A stretch of 64,000 nucleotides of DNA from NCBI GenBank assembly GCA_964489145.1, contig CAZAXL010000002.1, positions 2,992 to 66,991 of the forward strand, given 5' to 3'. The position numbers and the translations under genes are program-made. Shown here one piece after another: positions 47,262-55,388 of this stretch; position 1 is the stretch's first letter; every line of letters begins with the position of its first letter. This DNA comes from an uncultured Gammaproteobacteria bacterium. Its GTDB lineage: Bacteria > Patescibacteriota > Microgenomatia > UBA8517. Below the pieces are notes generated by a model. The model was given only the letters and a program-made list of their open reading frames with translations, made no database searches and was not told the origin of the DNA.

Positions 47262-48425
47262 ATGAATACGCGCGATGAATATATTGAAAAATTAAGCAAG
47301 ATTGCGAAAATGACCCCTGATGAGGCCAAAAGAGTCCTTCTTGATGAAGTTCAAAAAGACTTAACCGGTGAAATTGCCAAGAAAATTAGGGCTGCCGAAG
47401 AGAAAATTAAGGAAGAAGCCCATGACAAAGCGGAAGAAATCCTAATAGATGCCATGAAGCATGGGGCAACCGAATATACAGCCGAGTACACAGTTTCTTC
47501 GGTAAAAGTTCCCAACGAGGATGTTAAGGGCAGAATCATCGGTGCCGGGGGTAGGAACATTAGAACTTTTGAAAAAGAAGCCGGGGTTGAAATTGAAATC
47601 GACGAAACAGACGAAATCAGACTTTCATCGTTTGACTCTGTAAGACGCGAAATTGCCAGGCGAGCCCTGGATATTTTGATTAAAGATGCCCGAATTCAGC
47701 CGTCAAGGATCGAAGAAGTAATACGTCAAGTGAAAACCGAGATGGAGGAAGTTCTTCTCGAGGAGGGAAAGAAAGTTACACATGAATGTGGGGTTTATAA
47801 TTTACCCGTCGAACTTATGCGTATGATTGGTCGTTTTAGGTTTAGAACTTCTTATGGTCAAAATCTCGGAATTCACACTATTGAAGAAACCAGGATGGGA
47901 GTTGCTATCGCAAATGAAATTGGGGCAAATGCTGACGTGGTAAGACTTGGATGTTTACTCCACGATATTGGAAAAGTTATTACAAATGAAGAAGGAAACC
48001 ATATTGAACTTGGTGTGAATTTACTTAAAAAATATGGAATTCCCAAAGAAGTCATAGCTTGTGTGGCGGAACATCATGAAGACAGGCCTTTTTCCAGCAA
48101 TGAAAGTGTAATTGTTTGGATGGCGGACGCCATCTCCGGAAGCAGGCCCGGTGCCCGCTACGAGCCGCACGAAGATTATGTTAAAAGAATGAGCACAATA
48201 GAGGAAGTTGCAAAAGGTTTTCCCGGAGTGGATGTTGCCTTTGCATTTCAAGCAGGTCGTGATGTCCGTGTAATTGTTAATCCGGATGAGGTCGATGACG
48301 ATAAACTGACCGTATTGGCGCATGATATTGCCAGAAAACTGGAAAAAGAAGCAGAATACGCGGGACAAATCAAGGTTTCCGTCATCCGCGAGGTCAGGGC
48401 CACCGAGACGACTTCGGCAAAATAA
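47262..48425 (+). CDS. rny: Ribonuclease Y (KH and HD domains) without the N-terminal transmembrane anchor
   Basis: KH motif (VKGRIIGAGGRNIRTFE) and HD motif (LLHDIGK...HHED). It starts in the coiled-coil region with no hydrophobic N-terminus. Confidence 0.88.
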   Translation: MNTRDEYIEKLSKIAKMTPDEAKRVLLDEVQKDLTGEIAKKIRAAEEKIKEEAHDKAEEILIDAMKHGATEYTAEYTVSSVKVPNEDVKGRIIGAGGRNIRTFEKEAGVEIEIDETDEIRLSSFDSVRREIARRALDILIKDARIQPSRIEEVIRQVKTEMEEVLLEEGKKVTHECGVYNLPVELMRMIGRFRFRTSYGQNLGIHTIEETRMGVAIANEIGANADVVRLGCLLHDIGKVITNEEGNHIELGVNLLKKYGIPKEVIACVAEHHEDRPFSSNESVIVWMADAISGSRPGARYEPHEDYVKRMSTIEEVAKGFPGVDVAFAFQAGRDVRVIVNPDEVDDDKLTVLAHDIARKLEKEAEYAGQIKVSVIREVRATETTSAK

Positions 48426-48435
48426 AACACTTTTC

Positions 48436-48464
48436 TTGACATTTTGTAAATCTTGCCGTATTCT
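48436..48464 (+). promoter_or_regulatory. Promoter upstream of hup (TTGACA, 17-nt spacer, TATTCT)
   Basis: TTGACA at 48436-48441; the -10 ends 9 nt before the ATG, so the mRNA is near-leaderless. Confidence 0.5.
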
Positions 48465-48473
48465 TGAGGCAAT

Positions 48474-48749
48474 ATGACAAAAGCAGAACTTCTTGATCAG
48501 GTTGCCAGAAAGGCGCACTTAACCAAAAAAGCGGCAGAAGAGGCAATTGATGTTTTTTTGGATGAGGTCGGCAGAGTTCTTAGTAAAGGTGAAAAAGTTG
48601 TTCTTTCCGGATTTGGAACTTTTAGGGTGATTTCGATGAAAGGTAAAACCGTTAAAATTCCAAAAACAGAAAAGTTGGTTACGATCAAGACCCACAGACT
48701 TCCAAGGTTTACTCCGGGTAAAAAACTCAAAAGACAAGTCTCCCGATAA
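48474..48749 (+). CDS. hup: DNA-binding protein HU
   Basis: HU/IHF signature (GFGTFRV...RNPKTGE-like arm). Confidence 0.93.
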   Translation: MTKAELLDQVARKAHLTKKAAEEAIDVFLDEVGRVLSKGEKVVLSGFGTFRVISMKGKTVKIPKTEKLVTIKTHRLPRFTPGKKLKRQVSR

Positions 48750-48786
48750 TTATTAATTTATAATTATTCGATGGTATACTCTAGCT

Positions 48787-49773
48787 ATGGACAGAGCCAT
48801 AATTGTCGATGGTTTGGTAAAGGATTTTGAAGTTACGGAAAGGGAACCGGGACTGACAGGTGCTTTTAAATCCCTTATTTCTCCCAAGAAAAAAATTATC
48901 AATGCACTTAAGGGAGTTTCTTTTGCAATTCAACCGGGTGAGCTTGTTGGTTTTATAGGACCAAACGGTGCAGGGAAGACTACAACATTAAAAACACTTT
49001 CAGGTCTTTTATATCCGACAGCCGGTTTTGTAGAAGTTTTGGAATTTGATCCCTGGAAGAGAAATCCTGAGTTTTTAAAACAAATCTCTCTTGTGATGGG
49101 GCAGAAAAACCAGCTTTGGTGGGATCTTCCCGCAATAGAAACCTTTGAACTAAACCGTGCAATTTATGATATTCCGACGCGTTCATATAATGAAAACTTG
49201 AAGGAATTAACGGAACTACTGGACGTCGAGAAACTTCTCAATACGCCTGTCAGGAAACTTTCTTTGGGACAACGCATGAGAATGGAACTGGTTGCTGCCC
49301 TCATCCATAAACCCAAAGTTTTATTTTTAGATGAACCAACAATCGGTCTTGATATTATTGCTCAGCAAAAAGTCCGCGATTTTATCTACGATTACAATCG
49401 TAAATATAACGCCACGGTTCTTCTGACATCCCACAATATGGGTGATCTTACCAACTTAGCAAGACGCGTAATCATCATCAATGACGGGAAAATTCTTTAT
49501 GACGGAGCTTTTGAAGATCTGATTATGCAGTATGCCAAAGAAAAAATTATCAAGGCAACCCTTTCCAACGAAAATAATATTTCCAATTTAGAAAAGATCG
49601 GAAAAATTAAAAAATTATCCTTTCCTGAAGTGGTTTTTTCCGTTCCGCGTTCGGCTGCAGCTGTTGCCGCTTCGGAACTTTTGCAAAATTTTCCGGTTGA
49701 TGACCTGACAATCGAAGAAATCCCGATTGAGGAAATTATCAGAAAAGCATTCAAAAGTGAACCGAAAAAATAA
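48787..49773 (+). CDS. ABC transporter ATP-binding protein
   Basis: Walker A GPNGAGKTT, signature LSLGQRMR and Walker B LFLDEPT. Confidence 0.9.
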   Translation: MDRAIIVDGLVKDFEVTEREPGLTGAFKSLISPKKKIINALKGVSFAIQPGELVGFIGPNGAGKTTTLKTLSGLLYPTAGFVEVLEFDPWKRNPEFLKQISLVMGQKNQLWWDLPAIETFELNRAIYDIPTRSYNENLKELTELLDVEKLLNTPVRKLSLGQRMRMELVAALIHKPKVLFLDEPTIGLDIIAQQKVRDFIYDYNRKYNATVLLTSHNMGDLTNLARRVIIINDGKILYDGAFEDLIMQYAKEKIIKATLSNENNISNLEKIGKIKKLSFPEVVFSVPRSAAAVAASELLQNFPVDDLTIEEIPIEEIIRKAFKSEPKK

Positions 49774-49838
49774 GATGCGATGTCACAAGTACCATCTTTC
49801 TTGTCACTTAGAAAGGATTCTAGCAAAGCTAGAGAAAT

Positions 49839-50645
49839 GTGATGAAAAAATATTTGCAGATCTTCAAGATTTCCTTTGAGGAGGAATTTGCCTACAGATT
49901 AAATTTCATTCTTTGGAGAATTCGAAACGTCATGCAAATTTTTCTTACCTACTTTATTTGGAGTACTGTTTATTCCGATCCGGCAAAGCAAATTTTTGGC
50001 TACGACAGAACAAAAATTTTAACTTACGTATTTGGAATAATGATAGTTAGAGCTTTGGTCCTATCAGCTCGGGCAATGGATGTATCAAATGACGTGGCAA
50101 GCGGAAACCTTTCAAATTATCTGACAAAACCGGTGAATTATTTTAAATACTGGTTTACAAGAGACATTTCAAGCAAAGTTTTAAATTTGATTTTCGCTAC
50201 GATAGAATTTATTTTGCTTTTTTTAGTTTTAAAACCACCCTTTTTGTTTCAAACAAATATTGCCGTAATTTTGGCATTTTTAGTAAGCATAATCTTTGCG
50301 GTTATCATATATTTCCTGATTCTTTTTTTGCTTAGCTCAATTCCATTTTGGATTCCGGAGATAGGTTGGGGTTCTCATTTCTTGGTTACAGTGGTAATTG
50401 TAGAGGCATTATCAGGTTCGCTTTTCCCGATAAATATTTTGCCCCAGGGGCTGCAGTCGATAATTTTAGCGACCCCTTTTCCATATCTGATTTATTTTCC
50501 GGTTGAGGTGTATTTGGGTAATATTAGCGGTTGGGCTCTTTTTGGGGGTTTGATGGTTGCCGCGTCTTGGGTAGGAGTTTTATGGATTTTTCTTAATGTT
50601 GTTTGGCAAAAAGGACTAAAAGTTTATCAGTCATTTGGAGGGTAA
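49839..50645 (+). CDS. ABC-2 family transporter permease
   Basis: Six predicted TM helices, immediately downstream of the ABC ATPase. Confidence 0.7.
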   Translation: MMKKYLQIFKISFEEEFAYRLNFILWRIRNVMQIFLTYFIWSTVYSDPAKQIFGYDRTKILTYVFGIMIVRALVLSARAMDVSNDVASGNLSNYLTKPVNYFKYWFTRDISSKVLNLIFATIEFILLFLVLKPPFLFQTNIAVILAFLVSIIFAVIIYFLILFLLSSIPFWIPEIGWGSHFLVTVVIVEALSGSLFPINILPQGLQSIILATPFPYLIYFPVEVYLGNISGWALFGGLMVAASWVGVLWIFLNVVWQKGLKVYQSFGG

Positions 50646-50649
50646 CATT

Positions 50650-51432
50650 ATGTTTAAAAAATATTTTAAAATTTGGTGGATGATGAGCAGAAATTCTTTT
50701 TCGGCGGTATTGGGACAAAAACTCGCCCTTTCGATGTTTTTAGTCGGAAAGATTTTTCGGTTTATTTTCTTTTTCCTTTTTTTGTATTTTCTTTTGAAAG
50801 GAACCGGAAGTCTGGCTGGCTATTCCGGCAACCAAATTATTTTCTTCTTTTTAACGTTTAGTCTGGTTGATGTAACAACACAGTTTTTGTTTAGAGAAGT
50901 TTACAATTTTAGGCCAATGATAATAAAAGGAGATTTTGACTTGGTTTTGGTTAAGCCGCTTAATGCTCTTTTTCGGGTTCTGATGGGAGGGGCTGATGTC
51001 ATTGATTTAATAACAATTCCACCGCTTGTTATTTTAACAATCGTTTATGGTGTGAGTCTTCAACCGACGATGTCCGGAGTCTTGATTTATTTAATTTTAT
51101 TAATAAACGGTTTTTTGATTGCCACGGCTTTTCATATAGCAATTCTGGCGTTTGCAATTGTTACCACAGAAGTCGATCACGCAGTAATGATTTACAGAGA
51201 TTTAACCAATCTGGGAAGGCTCCCTGTAGATATTTACAAAGAACCTATGAAAGGTTTTTTAACATACTTAATACCTGTTGGAATTATGATGACGACTCCG
51301 GTAAAAGCCATGATCGGCGGTGTAAGTGTTCTTGGAATAGTAATAGCCTTTTCAGTCGGTATTTTATCGATGTTTTTTTCCTTAAAGTTTTGGAATTTTG
51401 CTCTTACAAAGTATACTAGCGCCAGCAGCTAA
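50650..51432 (+). CDS. ABC-2 family transporter permease (second subunit)
   Basis: Six predicted TM helices. Start at MFKKYFK; the track ORF starts 15 nt earlier. Confidence 0.7.
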   Translation: MFKKYFKIWWMMSRNSFSAVLGQKLALSMFLVGKIFRFIFFFLFLYFLLKGTGSLAGYSGNQIIFFFLTFSLVDVTTQFLFREVYNFRPMIIKGDFDLVLVKPLNALFRVLMGGADVIDLITIPPLVILTIVYGVSLQPTMSGVLIYLILLINGFLIATAFHIAILAFAIVTTEVDHAVMIYRDLTNLGRLPVDIYKEPMKGFLTYLIPVGIMMTTPVKAMIGGVSVLGIVIAFSVGILSMFFSLKFWNFALTKYTSASS

Positions 51433-51434
51433 AA

Positions 51435-52409
51435 ATGAATAAATTATTGGTTGTTTGTGGCCCCACATCAACCGGAAAAACCGGCTTGGCAATTTCTCTT
51501 GCTAAAAAATTTAATGGGGAAATAGTTTCTGCCGACTCCCGCCAAGTCTATAAAGGTTTAAATATCGGAACAGGTAAAGATTTACCAAAAGGCGCAAAAC
51601 TTAAATATTTGTGGATAAAAAGATTTGGTTATTATGAAATTAAGGACGTAAGAATTTGGGGATATGATTTGGCTGATCCAAGACACAGTTTTAGTGTGTC
51701 TCAATATTTAAAATTTGCAGAAAGAATTATTGCTGACATAATTAAAAGAGGAAAATTGCCTATACTGGTAGGTGGCACCGGCCTTTACATAAAAGGAGTT
51801 ATCGACGGGATTTCCACGGCAGAGGTTCCCAAAAGCAGTGCTTTAAGAAAAAGCTTAGAAGATAAGTCTTCGGAAGAGCTTTTTGAAAACCTGGCGCAAA
51901 TAGATTCAATAAAAGCCGCAGGAATGAATGTTTCTGACAAGAAAAATCCAAGACGTCTAGTTCGTGCGATAGAGATAGCTATGTGGCGGGTGAATCATGG
52001 CAGTAAAGAGTCTGAGATAAAAAACAAAAAAATTGATCTTGATGTTTTGCAAATAGGGCTTGCCGCAAATAAAAAATATTTAAACAACAAAATTGAGCAG
52101 AGAGTATCGGAGAGATTTAAAGAAAAGCTAAAAAACGAAATAGCAAACTTATTAAAAAACCATGTTGGTTGGGAGATGCAATCAATGAGTTCTATGGGAT
52201 ATGGGGAGTGGCGGGATTTTTTTGAAGGGAAAAAATCGGAAAAGGAAGTAATAGAAACTTGGGAAAAGGAAGAAAAAAAGTATGTAAAAAGACAAATAAC
52301 CTGGTTTAAAAAGGACGGTAGGATAAAATGGTTTGATATAACTAATAAGGATTACCCCGAAAGTGTGGAAAAAATATTCGAAAAATGGCATAATAGAGCC
52401 GATGCTTAG
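51435..52409 (+). CDS. miaA: tRNA dimethylallyltransferase
   Basis: P-loop GPTSTGKT; SADSRQVYKGLNIGTGK motif. Confidence 0.9.
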   Translation: MNKLLVVCGPTSTGKTGLAISLAKKFNGEIVSADSRQVYKGLNIGTGKDLPKGAKLKYLWIKRFGYYEIKDVRIWGYDLADPRHSFSVSQYLKFAERIIADIIKRGKLPILVGGTGLYIKGVIDGISTAEVPKSSALRKSLEDKSSEELFENLAQIDSIKAAGMNVSDKKNPRRLVRAIEIAMWRVNHGSKESEIKNKKIDLDVLQIGLAANKKYLNNKIEQRVSERFKEKLKNEIANLLKNHVGWEMQSMSSMGYGEWRDFFEGKKSEKEVIETWEKEEKKYVKRQITWFKKDGRIKWFDITNKDYPESVEKIFEKWHNRADA

Positions 52410-53367
52410 GAAAATTGATATTTCTCACAAAACCATCATCTTTACAGTCCTTTTTCTTTTAGGACTGGGACTTCTCTATTTTATTCGTGAAATAATTTTA
52501 GAACTTTTCGTTGCTTTCTTACTGATGACAATTTTGGATCCTTTAGTAAATTTATTTGCCAGACTTAAAATTCACAGAAGCTTATCGGTTATTATTACTT
52601 ATATTTTGGTTCTTGGAGTTTTTGGAGGGGTTGTTGCCCTGATCACTCCGGCTTTGGTTCAACAAACAACAAATTTTGTCAGTGCGTTTCCAACATACCT
52701 TTCAAATATTGGTTTAAATTCCTCTGAAACAGCGGGTATAACTAGCGGAATTTTGAATCAAATAGGGGGTGTTTTGAATTTCACCTTTTCCGTTTTTTCT
52801 AATTTTATTTCCGTAATCACTATTTTGGTTTTTGCATTCTATATGCTTATGGGCTATAGCGGCATGAGAGATCAGATAGTTCTTTTGCTGGGTCAGGAAA
52901 AGGGGCAGAGGGTAAGCAAGTTAATTATTGCAATTGAGGAAAGACTGGGTAAATGGTCCAGAGGAGAACTGCTTTTAATGCTGGTGGTGGCGATAGGGAA
53001 TTATTTGGGATACCTCTTACTTAAGATTCCGTTTGCTCTTCCCTTGGCTATTCTGACAGGAATATTTGAGATAGTTCCGGTCCTGGGACCGATTATTTCT
53101 GCCGTTCCTGCTGTTCTTATCGGATTCGGAATATCCCCATTAACAGGGGTGGGCGCTGCTGCTGTTGCCTTTTTGGTTAATCAATTGGAAAATTACGTTT
53201 TGGTTCCTAAAATAATGCAAAAGTCGGCGGGTGTTTCTCCACTTTTGGTTCTTATTTCAATAACAATTGGGGCAAAGCTGGCAGGGGTCATGGGGGTAAT
53301 TATTGCAGTTCCTTTCGTAATTATGTTGCAGGTGTTTTTAAAGGAATATCTGGGAAGAGAAAGTTAA
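52402..53367 (+). CDS. AI-2E family transporter (UPF0118/PerM-like)
   Basis: Eight TM helices and a conserved Gly/Pro-rich C-terminal membrane core. Start at MLRKIDIS, overlapping the miaA stop by 8 nt. Confidence 0.8.
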   Translation: MLRKIDISHKTIIFTVLFLLGLGLLYFIREIILELFVAFLLMTILDPLVNLFARLKIHRSLSVIITYILVLGVFGGVVALITPALVQQTTNFVSAFPTYLSNIGLNSSETAGITSGILNQIGGVLNFTFSVFSNFISVITILVFAFYMLMGYSGMRDQIVLLLGQEKGQRVSKLIIAIEERLGKWSRGELLLMLVVAIGNYLGYLLLKIPFALPLAILTGIFEIVPVLGPIISAVPAVLIGFGISPLTGVGAAAVAFLVNQLENYVLVPKIMQKSAGVSPLLVLISITIGAKLAGVMGVIIAVPFVIMLQVFLKEYLGRES

Positions 53368-53374
53368 ACTCCAC

Positions 53375-53401
53375 AAAAAACCACCATTTCTGGTGGTTTT
53401 T
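53375..53401. terminator. Bidirectional intrinsic terminator (A6-CCACCA-tttc-TGGTGG-T5)
   Basis: Perfect 6-bp GC-rich stem flanked by A and T runs, sitting between the AI-2E gene (+) and rnpB (-). Confidence 0.7.
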
Positions 53402-53442
53402 GTACTCTGAAGATTAGTAAGCGGAGCTTGTTAATCGCTATT

Positions 53443-53470
53443 CATAAAAATACCCACCTTGCGGTGGGTA
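53443..53470 (-). terminator. rnpB intrinsic terminator
   Basis: TACCCACC-gcaa-GGTGGGTA stem followed by TTTTTA on the minus strand, directly after the P1 3' strand. Confidence 0.65.
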
Positions 53471-53476
53471 CCTTTA

Positions 53477-53856
53477 TGCTCTGGAGATTAGTAAGCCAGG
53501 TTCTGTTTCTCGATGATCATCCATCTTTTGACGGGCTTACGCCCGCCAAACTGATAAGTTTGTCTGTCAAATGACAAGCTTCGCTTATCTAACGCCCTCG
53601 AACCTCGGGACTTGGGAAAGCGCCTCAAACGTCCCTTTCGGAGGTTGCAGCGGGGAGGATTGCCTCTTTTCACTCGTTTCCTTCTACCTTTAGGGTAAAA
53701 GAATCGACATAGTTTCTGTGGCTCTCACTGGCCAAACCTAAAATTACTCTTAAGCCCGTCTCCAGCTTACGCTGGACACCCTGCTTTCTGCTGCCTGGAC
53801 TTTCCTCTGTATTTAGAGCTAGGCTCAAACACAGCGATCATCCTTTCTCCAGAGTG
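53477..53856 (-). ncRNA. rnpB: RNase P RNA, bacterial type A
   Basis: The minus strand carries GAGGAAAGUCCAGGC (P4 5' strand with a bulged U), CAGGGUGUCCAGCGUAAGCUGG (P5/P5.1) and ACAGAACCUGGCUUAC (P4 3' strand). The P1 strands CUCUGGAGA and UCUCCAGAG pair the two ends. Confidence 0.85.
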
Positions 53857-53860
53857 GTTG

Positions 53861-53872
53861 AAGTATACCACT
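53861..53872 (-). promoter_or_regulatory. rnpB promoter (extended -10 TGGTATACT)
   Basis: TGGTATACT sits about 7 nt upstream of the P1 5' end on the minus strand. Confidence 0.5.
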
Positions 53873-53954
53873 TTTTGAGCCATTTTTCAGTAAAAACCGA
53901 CTGAATGTATAGGAGTTAATACTTTGATTTACCACGGTGTGTTTGTACTGAATC

Positions 53955-53965
53955 TGTGGTATAAT
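53955..53965 (+). promoter_or_regulatory. Extended -10 promoter (TGTGGTATAAT) for the RRM gene
   Basis: TGn-TATAAT lies about 60 nt upstream of the RRM protein ATG. Confidence 0.45.
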
Positions 53966-54026
53966 GACACGTCTAGCTTATAATTTTGGCCGTTTGGATA
54001 AACTTCTAATATTTAAGCTCGATAAT

Positions 54027-54431
54027 ATGAACAAACGACTTTTCGTAGCTGGCCTACCCTTTTCAAGCACTCAAGATGAGTTAAGAGATCTTTTTGCTGG
54101 TGTGGGGAATGTTGTGTCCGCATCGATTATTACCGATAGAGAAACAGGCAGATCAAAAGGTTTTGGTTTTGTGGAAATGGAAACTTCTGAGGAAGCATCT
54201 AGTGCAATTGCCAAACTTAATGACACTGATTTTGGTGGAAGGAAATTGATTGTAGCTGAGGCTAAACCAATGGAGGAAAGGCGCGACAGACCCCAAGGAG
54301 GGGGTTTTGGTGGAAGAAGTGGAGGTTTTGGAAAAAGAGAAGATTTCGGAAGACGCGAGGGAGGACGTGGAAATTTTGGTAGGAGTGGAAAGATCGGTCA
54401 CAGACCGGGAAGAGGGGGATTTAGCAGATGA
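54027..54431 (+). CDS. RRM-type RNA-binding protein with a Gly/Arg-rich (RGG) C-terminal tail
   Basis: RNP-2 (LFVAGLPF) and RNP-1 (KGFGFVEM) motifs; tail GGGFGGRSGGFGKREDFGRREGGRGNFGRSG. Start at MNKRLFVAG. Confidence 0.85.
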   Translation: MNKRLFVAGLPFSSTQDELRDLFAGVGNVVSASIITDRETGRSKGFGFVEMETSEEASSAIAKLNDTDFGGRKLIVAEAKPMEERRDRPQGGGFGGRSGGFGKREDFGRREGGRGNFGRSGKIGHRPGRGGFSR

Positions 54432-54661
54432 GCAAGTGTCCACGCTGCGGAAAAGAGAGAGTAATCGTCTCTTCTCACGATGAAATGGTATCTAAATCAA
54501 AAATCACCTATACGCAAACTATTTGTCCTGATCCTGAGTGCCAAAAAGTAGTCGAGAAAAATCTTAAAAACGATGAGAAAAAACGGGCTGTGCTTAAAGA
54601 TGAACAGGAAAAAAGATTGCTTCAAAGGTTGGCTGCTAAAAAAGTTTTAAATATTTCTTAG
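54428..54661 (+). CDS. Small zinc-ribbon protein, translationally coupled to the RRM gene
   Basis: CPRCG...CPDPEC C4 motif plus a basic helical tail; ATGA overlap with the RRM gene stop. Confidence 0.55.
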   Translation: MSKCPRCGKERVIVSSHDEMVSKSKITYTQTICPDPECQKVVEKNLKNDEKKRAVLKDEQEKRLLQRLAAKKVLNIS

Positions 54662-54689
54662 ATTCTTCTATCTAGTATAATATACTCAT

Positions 54690-55334
54690 ATGAGACTTCG
54701 ACTTCGGGGTTTTACTCTGGTTGAGATCTTAATTGTTGTTGCACTTATTGGAGTTTTAATAATATTCTCTCTATTAAATGTACCTACTCAAATTGCAAAA
54801 GCCCGGGACGCAGAAAGAAAAGGGGATATTGATGAAATCGGTAAATTCGTTGAAGAATTTTATATTGATACCGGTTGTTACCCTGTCTCAGTACCCGCTT
54901 GCGGAAACCCTTTTCGTCTAGGTAACAAAACTTACATTTCAAATCTGCCCTGTGATCCTACAACATCAAATTCATATGTATATGTCAGTGAAATCAATTC
55001 TTGTCCCAGCTGGTTCCAACTTTATGGGAATCTGAATTACACAGAAGATAGCATTATAGATACACTTGGTTGTCGAAACGGCTGTGGACCAAAGTGTCAA
55101 TTTAATTATGGGACAGCCAGTTCAAATGTAAGATTAAACCCGTTTTGCCAAGATACTCCAGCCCAACAACCTTCCAATCTTCAATATGTTTGTGCTCCGG
55201 GAGGGGGATGTGAAGCATTTATGTTTCCTGAACTTTCAGGTTGTCCGGATATTTATTTAAACGATTCAACTTGTCAAGATCAGTGTAGTGACCCTAAAAA
55301 CAGGTGTCATGATTCGAGAGGAAAAACAAATTAA
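54690..55334 (+). CDS. Type IV pilin-like protein (prepilin N-terminal methylation motif) with a Cys-rich C-terminal domain
   Basis: Class III signal MRLRLRG/FTLVEILIVVALIGVLI (G-F-T-L-V-E cleavage/methylation site); about 14 Cys in the globular domain. Confidence 0.75.
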   Translation: MRLRLRGFTLVEILIVVALIGVLIIFSLLNVPTQIAKARDAERKGDIDEIGKFVEEFYIDTGCYPVSVPACGNPFRLGNKTYISNLPCDPTTSNSYVYVSEINSCPSWFQLYGNLNYTEDSIIDTLGCRNGCGPKCQFNYGTASSNVRLNPFCQDTPAQQPSNLQYVCAPGGGCEAFMFPELSGCPDIYLNDSTCQDQCSDPKNRCHDSRGKTN

Positions 55335-55388
55335 ATTATCTTCATCTTTTAGATATTCTGAAATTGTATTATATTTTAATTAGTCGAT

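Noticed and set aside
53488-53673. 61-aa arginine-rich ORF on the minus strand
   Set aside because: It lies entirely within the RNase P RNA gene (P4, P5.1 and CR-IV motifs were identified). The highly basic translation is typical of a structured-RNA antisense artefact.
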